DNA of 64,000 bases, taken from the IMG/VR virus record IMGVR_UViG_3300033075_001514, positions 2,265-66,264 of that record. The stretch is one strand, 5' to 3'. Under the pieces are notes generated by a model that was not told where the DNA came from, did not search any database, and saw only the letters and a list, made by a program, of their open reading frames with translations. Shown in pieces: positions 36,712-45,844 of the stretch (position 1 is the first letter of the stretch; the number at the start of each line of letters is the position of its first letter). Origin of the DNA: a virus. Its lineage: Duplodnaviria > Caudoviricetes. The position numbers were made by a program, and so were the translations under genes.

Positions 36712-38148
36712 ATGGCTCTCGACGCAAACATTCGTGGCGCATCCAACCTCGCTGAGGTGACCGCCGACAACAACCTCAAGGTGGTCACCCCCACGGTTCC
36801 TGCTCAGGCGGGCTTCGTCAAGATTGCCGGTGAACTCTCTGCCGCTGGTGACCCGTACGGTCTCCTGAATGAAGCTGTGCGTACCTCAGCCCAGGGCCGC
36901 ATGACGGTCGGTCAGCCGGTCTCTTTGTTTAACGAATTCTTCAACAACACGACACTCAACAGCGCCATCATGCAGGCCCCAGTCACGACAATGACTGTGA
37001 CGGTCGCAGGTGGTTCGCTGAACTTGAACGCGTCAGCAATCACAACTCTCAACACTGTTGCTCGTGTTTCGACGTATGCCCATTTCCCCTTCCAGGCGGA
37101 TATGGCCACGTACACGACGTTCGACGCACTGCTCACGCAGCCACCCCAAAACAATGCAGTCATTGAGATGGGATTTGGAATCGCATCCGCATCTGCGACT
37201 CCCACTGACGGAGCGTTCTTCCGATATACGTCGACTGGTACTCTCATCGCTGTCGTGAACACCAACGGCGCGGAAATCACTTCATCGTCGCTGACGGTGC
37301 CCGCAGACAACGTTCAGCATCGCTACAAAATCGTTGTCGAAAACGATCGTGTGTTTTTCTCCATCGACGGCGCAGTGCAAGCCGTTCTTTCGACACCGAA
37401 CACTTCTGGATTCCCTGTCTACACTCCCTCGCAGCCGTGGTTTGCGCGCGTCATCAACACGGGCATCGCTCCGACGCTTGCGAACGTACTGAAGATTGGC
37501 TACATCTGTGTAGGTCTTCAGGACGCCGCTGCTCTGGCCCTGGACGTTGGTTCACTCGCAGCGTACACCGGTCGTCACGGCGGACAGGGTCAAACCGGTT
37601 ACACGATGGGCTCGACCGCCCTGTATACCAACTCTCTCGCCCCTGGTGCTGGTGCTGCCATTGCCAACGCCACGGCAGGTGCTGGTGCTCTCGGTCTCGG
37701 TGGACAGTTCTCTGTGTTGCCTACTCTAGCCGCGAACACGGACGGTATTCTCTGTTCCTACGCGAACCCCGTTCCTACTGCAGCCATTCCAGGTAGGACT
37801 CTGCTCGTCAAGGGAATCAAAATTCAGGGTATCGTATCGACCATCTTGGCGGGTGGACCGGTCTACTACGCGTACGCTGCGTGCTATGGCCACACGAACG
37901 TTTCCCTGGCGACCACTGAATCGGCGACGGCCAAGGCACCTCGACGTATCCCCCTTGGCTACGAGTCTTACGCTGCCACGGCAGCCGTAGGTACTCTCGG
38001 TTCAGCGAATGGTGTGTACATGCAGTTCGTGAACCCCATCCCTGTGCTGCCTGGTGGGTTTTTCGCCATCTCGGCCAAAAACATCGGTACCGTAACTACG
38101 ACTGGTGTAATCACCATCCTCGTCGCAATCGACGCCGTGTTTATCTAA
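36712..38148 (+). CDS. fibre/decoration protein with concanavalin-like segment
   Basis: GAFFRY..HRYKIVV..VFFSIDG; Thr/Ala/Gly-rich. Confidence 0.55.
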   Translation: MALDANIRGASNLAEVTADNNLKVVTPTVPAQAGFVKIAGELSAAGDPYGLLNEAVRTSAQGRMTVGQPVSLFNEFFNNTTLNSAIMQAPVTTMTVTVAGGSLNLNASAITTLNTVARVSTYAHFPFQADMATYTTFDALLTQPPQNNAVIEMGFGIASASATPTDGAFFRYTSTGTLIAVVNTNGAEITSSSLTVPADNVQHRYKIVVENDRVFFSIDGAVQAVLSTPNTSGFPVYTPSQPWFARVINTGIAPTLANVLKIGYICVGLQDAAALALDVGSLAAYTGRHGGQGQTGYTMGSTALYTNSLAPGAGAAIANATAGAGALGLGGQFSVLPTLAANTDGILCSYANPVPTAAIPGRTLLVKGIKIQGIVSTILAGGPVYYAYAACYGHTNVSLATTESATAKAPRRIPLGYESYAATAAVGTLGSANGVYMQFVNPIPVLPGGFFAISAKNIGTVTTTGVITILVAIDAVFI

Positions 38149-38169
38149 AGTCTCAGCGGGAGGTGACAT

Positions 38170-41100
38170 ATGTCTCTCCTACTCGCCCTAACGGGCTCAG
38201 GGCTCAACGCCCTTCGCTTCAACGCAGCCGCTGATACGTTCACGATGCCGTCCGCTGCCGTCCCCTCGGGGTCCGGCGCCTGGACCGTTGCAACTTGGGT
38301 TCGGCTCGTCAATGACCGCAATGATGTAACGACTATTTGGTCGCTCGACGGCCTTTTTTCGTCGTCATGGCATTCGCTCCAGTGTGACTCGTCTGGCACG
38401 AGCCTTCGCCTCTATGAGACGGGCACGACTGTAACAACCATCGCCACGCTGACCGTCGGTACTTGGTACTACGTCGTCGTTCGTAAGAGCGCTGGCGGCA
38501 CCATCAAGACGTACATCGGTGACGAAGCCGGTGGTGCGTTGACGACCGGTTCAGGTAGCGTCACCAACATTACATATTCCGGCGACGGGTATGTCGGCGG
38601 AAATGCATACAGCGAATTCCTCGACGGCCGCATGTGGGGTATGCGTGTCTGGGACGCCGAATTGTCCGACGCTGAAGTTGACGCGGAATTCACTGCCAGC
38701 ACCGCTGCCAGAACAAGTAACCTCCGCGCACAGTGGCTTCTCGACAATCTCACCGTACCTGGCGACGATACATCTGGCAACAATCGAGACCTCACCAATG
38801 CCGGTGGCTCGTGGACCCTTGAAGCTGGTCCGGTACTGCCCGCAGCACCGGCTTCGTTTACCGGTACGCTGGCCAGGACTCTTGCCAACGACACTCTTGC
38901 CGCGTCCGGAACGCTTGACTCGACTGGTTCTCTCGCAAGAACTCTTGCTGATGTGACACTCAGTGCCGCCGGAACGCTTGTTTATTCTGGTACCCTTGCA
39001 AGGACTCTCGCAGACGCGACCCTCAGCGCCTCCGGTGCACTGACTTTCTCGGGTACGCTCGCAAGAACTCTTGCAGATGCAACGCTCGCTGCGTCCGGAA
39101 CGCTCGAATACTCAGGAACCGTTGCTCGGACTCTCGGTGACGTAACCTCGACAGCCAGTGGCTTGTTTAGCGCTCCGATTACCGGGACACTTGCAAGAAC
39201 TCTTGCGGATGACACCCTCAGTGCGTCCGGCACACTGGTCTATTCAGGTACCCTTGCTCAGACACTGGCCGACGCTACACTCGTCGCATCTGGCGCCCTG
39301 GTCTATTCAGGCACCCTCGCAAGGACTCTCGCTGACGCTACGCTCGCTGCGTCCGGAAATCTGGCCTACTCGGGTACTCTGGCCCGTACACTGAGTGATG
39401 CAACGCTCGCTGCGAGCGGCTTGTTCAGTGCCCCGATTACCGGTACGCTGGCCAGGACTCTTGCCAACGACACTCTCGCCGCATCTGGCACCCTGGACTC
39501 TTCAGGCTCGCTTGCAAGAACCCTTGCTGATGCAACGCTGAGTGCTTCTGGAGCCCTGGTCTATTCAGGTACGCTGGCTCGTACACTTGCAGATGCAACC
39601 CTCAGTGCATCTGGCACGCTGATTTACTCGGGTACGCTGGCAAGAACCCTTGTTGACGCAACCCTCAGTTCGTCCGGTACCGTCATCAATCCGGTCACTG
39701 GTACCCTTGCACGCACGCTCGCGAACGCGACACTCGTAGCGAGCGGAACGCTTGACTCGACTGGCTCGCTGGCCAGGACGCTTGCCAACGCGACTCTCAG
39801 TGCATCGGGTGCATTGGTCTATTCAGGTACCGTCGCAAGGACCCTCGCCAACGCAACGCTCAACGCGTCAGGTACGCTTGACTCGACCGGTACCCTGGCC
39901 CGTACTCTCGCGGATGCGACACTTAATGCGGCAGGAACTCTCGATTCGACCGGCAGCCTTGCTCGCACCCTTAGCAACGCGACGCTTAACGCGAGCGGCA
40001 TCTCGATTGACCCCATCACCGGCTCGCTCGCCAGGACGCTTGCTGGCGACACCCTCAGTGGCGTTGGGTTCTTCGGCCAGGGCTACAATGGTACACTCAA
40101 TGTAACACTCGGAGGAGTTCAGTCCTTTACTACGGGCGACAGCTTGGAGCCATACCGGCCCTTTAGCTCAGTTCAGGCCTTTATCCAACCCATGAATATT
40201 CCAACAGACGTAAGTAACACGATTGTCCTGGGTATCCACCAGTCCGACGTCATCATCCGCAGTGCCATCATCACGGCTCTGGCCGACATGCGTGCCAACC
40301 CTTGGGTCCTCGACCGCGTATTTGCATCGCTCGTTCAGGACTCTCTGACCGCCAAGGACAAGGGGCAACGCGAACTCCAGGCCGCCAAGAATTGGTTCCT
40401 CCGCACGAACATCCCCGTCCTGGTCACCCCGGTCATGGACGAATTCAAGACGCCGTGCATCAGCATCACACTCGTTGACTCGTCGGAAGTCCCCAGCGAA
40501 GCCACGACGTCGGACACCCACTACGAGCCCTTCGAGTACGACGACTCGACCTCGCCTGCACTCACCACCGGATTTACTCCACAGTCCTACAACCCGCTGA
40601 CCGGCGAAATCACCCTCGCACCCGATGCTCTGCCTCCTGGCGTGTACGTCGGTCCTGGCATGTTGATTGTCGACAAATACGGCACTGCGCACGAAATCCT
40701 GCGCATGGGCGATTCGACCGACCAGTTCTACATTGCCGCGAACGTCCAGGCCAACTTCAACGGCGCCGTGCTCAAGGGCATCAGGCCCTCCATCATCACG
40801 TCGGTCGAGTCAAGCTCGTTCAAGGAGACCTACCGTATCGGCCTCCACGTCGGCGCAGAGCCCGCGTACCTCATTTGGCTGCACTCCATCGTTGTGTTCG
40901 CGCTGCTGCGCTACAAGGAAGTCCTGCTTGAAGGTCGAGGCTTCGAGCGCAGCACCTTCAGCAGCAACGACCTCAGCCGCGACACCGTCTTCGAGACCGA
41001 GAATATCTTTACTCGCTACTTGACCATCAGCGGTCACGTGCGCCAGTACTGGCCCAAGATTGTGTCGCGTCCCATCGACGTTGTCCAGGGCGAGTTCCGC

Positions 41101-41208
41101 GTCAGCGGCGAAGATGCCGACGTACGGCTTGCGGACACGGGCGAAGACCCGAACGAGGCATTGTGGATGGGCAACCTCGATTCGATTGACGCCTCAAAAC
41201 GTAAGTGA
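38170..41208 (+). CDS. LamG-like domain + about 19 tandem repeats + C-terminal tail-terminator-like domain
   Basis: WTVATWVR..GTWYYVVV..LDGRMWGMRVWDAELSDAEV; repeats; globular C-terminus in the position preceding the sheath. Confidence 0.65.
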   Translation: MSLLLALTGSGLNALRFNAAADTFTMPSAAVPSGSGAWTVATWVRLVNDRNDVTTIWSLDGLFSSSWHSLQCDSSGTSLRLYETGTTVTTIATLTVGTWYYVVVRKSAGGTIKTYIGDEAGGALTTGSGSVTNITYSGDGYVGGNAYSEFLDGRMWGMRVWDAELSDAEVDAEFTASTAARTSNLRAQWLLDNLTVPGDDTSGNNRDLTNAGGSWTLEAGPVLPAAPASFTGTLARTLANDTLAASGTLDSTGSLARTLADVTLSAAGTLVYSGTLARTLADATLSASGALTFSGTLARTLADATLAASGTLEYSGTVARTLGDVTSTASGLFSAPITGTLARTLADDTLSASGTLVYSGTLAQTLADATLVASGALVYSGTLARTLADATLAASGNLAYSGTLARTLSDATLAASGLFSAPITGTLARTLANDTLAASGTLDSSGSLARTLADATLSASGALVYSGTLARTLADATLSASGTLIYSGTLARTLVDATLSSSGTVINPVTGTLARTLANATLVASGTLDSTGSLARTLANATLSASGALVYSGTVARTLANATLNASGTLDSTGTLARTLADATLNAAGTLDSTGSLARTLSNATLNASGISIDPITGSLARTLAGDTLSGVGFFGQGYNGTLNVTLGGVQSFTTGDSLEPYRPFSSVQAFIQPMNIPTDVSNTIVLGIHQSDVIIRSAIITALADMRANPWVLDRVFASLVQDSLTAKDKGQRELQAAKNWFLRTNIPVLVTPVMDEFKTPCISITLVDSSEVPSEATTSDTHYEPFEYDDSTSPALTTGFTPQSYNPLTGEITLAPDALPPGVYVGPGMLIVDKYGTAHEILRMGDSTDQFYIAANVQANFNGAVLKGIRPSIITSVESSSFKETYRIGLHVGAEPAYLIWLHSIVVFALLRYKEVLLEGRGFERSTFSSNDLSRDTVFETENIFTRYLTISGHVRQYWPKIVSRPIDVVQGEFRVSGEDADVRLADTGEDPNEALWMGNLDSIDASKRK
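38860..40110 (+). repeat. coding tandem repeat, 21-23 aa unit (GTLARTLADATLSASGTLVYS)
   Basis: 19 clear units plus 1 degenerate; longer ..PI/PV units at positions 5, 9, 13, 18. Confidence 0.9.
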
Positions 41209-41226
41209 ACCGGTAATCTCTAAGTC

Positions 41227-44200
41227 ATGGCAATTCCAGGTCACCTGCGCAACCACCCCCTATTTTCCGGCGGCCGGTTTGGTCTCATGAGCGGCGAAAG
41301 CCCCAGGTTTCCTGCTACCCAAAAGCCAACCCACGAGAACCTGGTCAATCATCTGAGGAATCAAGGGATTGGGTTCGAAGAGACCCACGGTCGCTACGAC
41401 GACCCAGAACGCTCAGTCATTATTCACTCGCCTACCCGCGAGATGATGGCTGACCTCGGCAAGCACTTCGGCCAAGAGTCCGTGGTGTTCTCTGACAAGG
41501 GCAAGCACGAATTGCTCTACACCAACGGCGAGCACGAAGGCAAGTCGCGCCTGACGAAGCCTGGCTCTGAACCCATCGATTGGTTCCACGAAGCTCCGTC
41601 GAATTACTACACGCACCTGCCCAACCACGGTTATTTCGGAATCAACTTCGACTTCGATTCGGACCCCCAGCACCACGGCCCGGTCCAAGCCGCTCCTTCA
41701 GCGCCTGCGCCGATGACGAAGCACGACTTCAAGGAAGCGGCGTTCTTGCACTCTCCTACGGGTCAGGTTGTCGCGACGGGACACCGCCACGACCTTGAGC
41801 ACCCTTCGATGGACCTCAAGGCCTTCAATCGCGGCGAGTACGTCGATGGTTTTGTTGACTCGAAGGGCAAGTTCTTTGACCGCAACCAGGCTCTCGCAGT
41901 CATTCGGCGCGAAGGTATGCCCGACCCCGTGTTGCCAAGCGGCGAGGTCGAGGTCCATTCAGACGACCTGGACATGCCATATAAGGTACACGGTGGACTC
42001 AACAAGGCTGGTCAGCCCTCGGATATCCTCCAGGTGCTGGCTGATGAACTTGAGATGCAGGGCTGGTCACCGAACGAAATTCCCCAGGCTACGGGGGTCG
42101 GTGCCATTGATTCGGATCGGTCCAAGTTGGCCGGTCACCGTGGCGCCGATTGGGCTACGGCGATTTCTCAGAGAACGAATCGCCACGCCGACAACCTTGA
42201 GGCCTTGGCCCAAGAGCGTGGACATACACACGGCAACACTTCACTGGAACGTGACCAACTTGGCAGAACGGCCGAACAACAAGCAATGCACGACATCGCA
42301 TTGGCCGACAAGAGCCGTGACTCCGGCGATGCAAATTACGTTGGGGACAATCCGTTCCACCACAACAATCTTCCCGGCGTGTTGGACGCCGACAACTTCG
42401 GCAAGGACTTGACCGACAGGTCAGGTAAAGTCCCCGTCCCCTTTTCTGCAAGTCCTACCGAAGCTGCTACGTCTGTCGCTGGCAACATGCCGACGGGTAA
42501 CGAGATGCGCGCCGCATGGAAGTCTCACCCCCATGCGTACGAATGGCACGACGGCCACTCAGACCACCACCGACTCGCACCCAACCTGGAAGCGATCCAG
42601 AAGTCCTTCGGGCTCTGGAAGGCAGATCTACCCAAGAACGACCAGGCCGCTGGCGTTGGCGCACCGACGTATGCCAAGTTCGCTGGTCCATACGGTGAAG
42701 TCCGTGGTCGTGCTACGCCCAGTGACCTGACGCACTATAACTACCACGGGAAGCTCCCCGAAATCGAAGCTCTCGTCAAAAAGCACGGATTCAAGACCTA
42801 CTTCGCTGGCGGTAAATACGGCAAGCCCGACCTCCAGGCCAAGAACTACAACAACGGCCACTTGATGATTTACGACCCGACTCCTTCGTCGGGCGGCGAC
42901 TTCAAGGACCACCAGTACACGAACGCGTGGCGTCAAATCCACGAGCTTTCGCACGCACTCACTTACCCCGAACTGAACTCCATTTACGGCGAAGGTCGTC
43001 GAATCGGCAAGCTCGGTACTCACCGTACCCCGAACGAAGCCATGCGCGCCGTACATTGGGAATGGCTCGCAGCCCACAAGCAGCGCGACTTGAGCGCCAA
43101 GCTCGGCATTCACGTGCCCGACGAGGTGTTCCACAAGGAACTCAACACCGTCATGCACGACGCTGTACGCCGTGCTGTGACTGGCCAGTTCACTGAGCCT
43201 GCGGGCGAGGGTTTTGTACCCCACAGCCACAAGGTCCCCCTCCACATCGCCCTCGACACCGTTCGCAACGAAGCACAGGCCATGGGCATCCAGCACCCCC
43301 ACGGGCTCGCGAAGCGTCCGATGATGAAGGCCTGGCCTGCAGGCGCTACTGAGACCCAGGATTCGCCTGAGAACCAAGCCAACGCAGCAGCGCACAAAAC
43401 CATCACTGAACGCGCCGAGGTATTTGGTGACAAGCAGGAAGAGCAGGGCTTGCCTCGTACGGGCGTTCACCCGAATGCGCTTTCGAGTATTCGAAGTAGA
43501 GCCCAAATTGGCGGCTCGCAAGACCAGCAACTTGGGCGTATTAGTACGGCTCGCCACACGAACGACATTGCAAGGTTCAATGCTGGCTGGCCTGGTTCAG
43601 ACCCAGTGATGCCAGCAAAGGCCTACATCGACGGTGGCGGCTATGACGAAGCGCCGTACGACAGCAAGGGCGACTTGAACGACCAAAACTACTGGGCCGG
43701 AATCGGTCGTGCCGCTGGTATTCAGAAGTCTGACCCCGGCGCTCCGCTTCACGCTGATGCCAATACATTCCTTGCCGCTCTGAAGGGTCTACCCAAGGGC
43801 TCGCCTGAACGCGGTAAATTCGTCACGCAGCACATGAACCACGGTCCGTTCTTGGCCGCTCTCCAGGCTCATCCTCAAGGCGTCCAAATCCACAAAATGC
43901 TCACCGGGTTCTTGAACTCGAAGGCAAACGCCGGTCCTGGTCTGCCAATGAAGACCGTCGCAAAATCAGAGCCTCACGTAATCTTGTCGAAGCAAGGGAA
44001 CACCATGTCCGAAAAGACCTACACACCACAAGAAGCCGTCGAAGTACTCAAGAAGGCGGCCTCTGACAAAATCAAGGCCATGGAGTATCGGCTTCAGGAC
44101 CTCCGCAAGCGTGAGCTTTCGAAGGGGTTGATTCCAACTCACAAGCACAACACCGGCTCGTCGGCCAGTGCTGCGATGGAAGACGTCCCGCCCTCGAAGC

Positions 44201-45144
44201 TAAATGCTCCCGGCAAGGACGACAAGCTCATCGGTGGCACTGCGACCCAAAAGGGCGAAGAGTCGTCGACTGAAGACTCGTCGCACGGTCCCGAAGAGAC
44301 CTCGGGCGAAATCAGCGCTGCTGATATGGCCAAGGCTCTGCTTTGCAAGAAGTGCGGCAAGACCCACGACCTTGAAAAGGCGTGCGATGGCATGGACAAG
44401 GCTGAACTGGTCGACGCCAAGGGCAACACCGAGTCCAACTCGGAAGAGTCCGCAGCCACGATGCCTGACGATGCCGTCAAGCACGTCAACAAGCCCACCA
44501 AGTCGAAGCCTGGCTCGGGTGGTGTAATCACCAAAGGCAAGAAGCTCGGTAAGTCGCTCGGTGAAATCCGCTCGCTTGCTAAGGCAATGGCCCCTCCGAC
44601 CGCCAAGCCGCCAAGCGGCACCAACATGGCGACCAAGGTCCCCACGAGCGCTCCCAAGGCTCCTGCCATCGCCAAGGCTGTCGACAAAATCGTCGTCCCC
44701 AAGTCCCAGAAGCCCAAGGTCCCCAGCAACGAGCGCGACCACACTGTCCAAGTCAGCAAGGACAAGACGGTGTATGAGGCCAAGAAGCCTGAGCTTGAAA
44801 AGGGCGTGATGTCTGACATCGCGGCCAAGAACAACGCAGGTGCTCCTACTACTGGCGCGACGATGGTCGGCGGGTCGAGTGACCCCTCGAAGGTCAAGCT
44901 CCCAACCCCTGGCCAGCAAGAAAAGCGCGCGAACATGTTCGGCGCTGCAATGGCCGGTGAATATCAGCCGCCAGGAACTCAGCCCACCGCCAAGCTCGCC
45001 GCACCGGCCAAGCCCGCAACCGCGCTCGCTTCGCCCAAGGCTGCAGGTATTGCTGCAAAGCCAGCCGTTTCTGCAAGTCCAGTCATGAATGCTGCACGTC
45101 CTTCCAAGCCCGGGATTTTTGCCCGGCTCATGTCTAAAAAGTAA
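41227..45144 (+). CDS. 1305-aa multi-module protein incl. HExxH module and Ala/Lys/Pro-rich C-terminus
   Basis: GTAATCT 7 nt upstream; IHELSHAL; about 14 hydrophobic-x-K-[ASG] motifs. Confidence 0.7.
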   Translation: MAIPGHLRNHPLFSGGRFGLMSGESPRFPATQKPTHENLVNHLRNQGIGFEETHGRYDDPERSVIIHSPTREMMADLGKHFGQESVVFSDKGKHELLYTNGEHEGKSRLTKPGSEPIDWFHEAPSNYYTHLPNHGYFGINFDFDSDPQHHGPVQAAPSAPAPMTKHDFKEAAFLHSPTGQVVATGHRHDLEHPSMDLKAFNRGEYVDGFVDSKGKFFDRNQALAVIRREGMPDPVLPSGEVEVHSDDLDMPYKVHGGLNKAGQPSDILQVLADELEMQGWSPNEIPQATGVGAIDSDRSKLAGHRGADWATAISQRTNRHADNLEALAQERGHTHGNTSLERDQLGRTAEQQAMHDIALADKSRDSGDANYVGDNPFHHNNLPGVLDADNFGKDLTDRSGKVPVPFSASPTEAATSVAGNMPTGNEMRAAWKSHPHAYEWHDGHSDHHRLAPNLEAIQKSFGLWKADLPKNDQAAGVGAPTYAKFAGPYGEVRGRATPSDLTHYNYHGKLPEIEALVKKHGFKTYFAGGKYGKPDLQAKNYNNGHLMIYDPTPSSGGDFKDHQYTNAWRQIHELSHALTYPELNSIYGEGRRIGKLGTHRTPNEAMRAVHWEWLAAHKQRDLSAKLGIHVPDEVFHKELNTVMHDAVRRAVTGQFTEPAGEGFVPHSHKVPLHIALDTVRNEAQAMGIQHPHGLAKRPMMKAWPAGATETQDSPENQANAAAHKTITERAEVFGDKQEEQGLPRTGVHPNALSSIRSRAQIGGSQDQQLGRISTARHTNDIARFNAGWPGSDPVMPAKAYIDGGGYDEAPYDSKGDLNDQNYWAGIGRAAGIQKSDPGAPLHADANTFLAALKGLPKGSPERGKFVTQHMNHGPFLAALQAHPQGVQIHKMLTGFLNSKANAGPGLPMKTVAKSEPHVILSKQGNTMSEKTYTPQEAVEVLKKAASDKIKAMEYRLQDLRKRELSKGLIPTHKHNTGSSASAAMEDVPPSKLNAPGKDDKLIGGTATQKGEESSTEDSSHGPEETSGEISAADMAKALLCKKCGKTHDLEKACDGMDKAELVDAKGNTESNSEESAATMPDDAVKHVNKPTKSKPGSGGVITKGKKLGKSLGEIRSLAKAMAPPTAKPPSGTNMATKVPTSAPKAPAIAKAVDKIVVPKSQKPKVPSNERDHTVQVSKDKTVYEAKKPELEKGVMSDIAAKNNAGAPTTGATMVGGSSDPSKVKLPTPGQQEKRANMFGAAMAGEYQPPGTQPTAKLAAPAKPATALASPKAAGIAAKPAVSASPVMNAARPSKPGIFARLMSKK

Positions 45145-45153
45145 GCAAGACCA

Positions 45154-45819
45154 ATGGGTTGCATTTACACATACTCGGATCCCCGAAACGGCGAGGTTCG
45201 TTATGTAGGCAAGACTGACCGGACCTTAGAGGTCCGTGCGATTGAGCACAGATACGCCTCTAGAAAAGGGAGGACGCATCTGTATACTTGGATGCGTTCT
45301 TTGCCGACTTCGGCCCTCATCGAGGTTCTTGAAGACTCGCCAGCAGACATCAATGAAGCCGAAGTTTTTTGGATTACCCAACTAAAGGCTTGGGGGTTTC
45401 GGCTCGTCAATCACACTGAAGGTGGCGAGGGAATTTCAGGTTGGCACCACTCCGAGACTACCAAGAGGCACCTGTCGACGACGCTTTCCGGCAGGGCGCA
45501 ACCCCCTGGTTGCGCGCAAAACATTCGATTCGCACAAAAAGCAAACGTCGGTAGCAAAAAGCCGAAATCCAAAGAAACCATAAAGATTGCCATGGAGGCT
45601 AGCAAGAGTGCCGAAGCTCGAATTGCTCGTTCGAGGGCGCTTGGTGGCACGGCGGTGCTGTGCGAATCGACAGGAATCGTCTATCAGACGGTCGCCGAAG
45701 CGGCAAGACAACTTAACCTCGACCCTTCAAGCGTCCGGAAGGCGGCCAAGGGTCTACTGCATTCAACTGGGGGCATGAAGTTTAAGACCCTGGACCCAAC
45801 ACCTCATCAAGCAAAGTAA
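45154..45819 (+). CDS. GIY-YIG homing endonuclease with NUMOD-like tail
   Basis: CIYTY..VRYVGKT..R..H..E..WI..LVNHTEGGEG..YQTVAEAARQL. Confidence 0.85.
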   Translation: MGCIYTYSDPRNGEVRYVGKTDRTLEVRAIEHRYASRKGRTHLYTWMRSLPTSALIEVLEDSPADINEAEVFWITQLKAWGFRLVNHTEGGEGISGWHHSETTKRHLSTTLSGRAQPPGCAQNIRFAQKANVGSKKPKSKETIKIAMEASKSAEARIARSRALGGTAVLCESTGIVYQTVAEAARQLNLDPSSVRKAAKGLLHSTGGMKFKTLDPTPHQAK

Positions 45820-45844
45820 TCTCGCTCTTTGCAGGAGTACTAAA

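Noticed and set aside
38860-40110. CRISPR-like array of regular repeats
   Set aside because: Units are in-frame 63-69 bp coding repeats with synonymous variation and no unique spacers.
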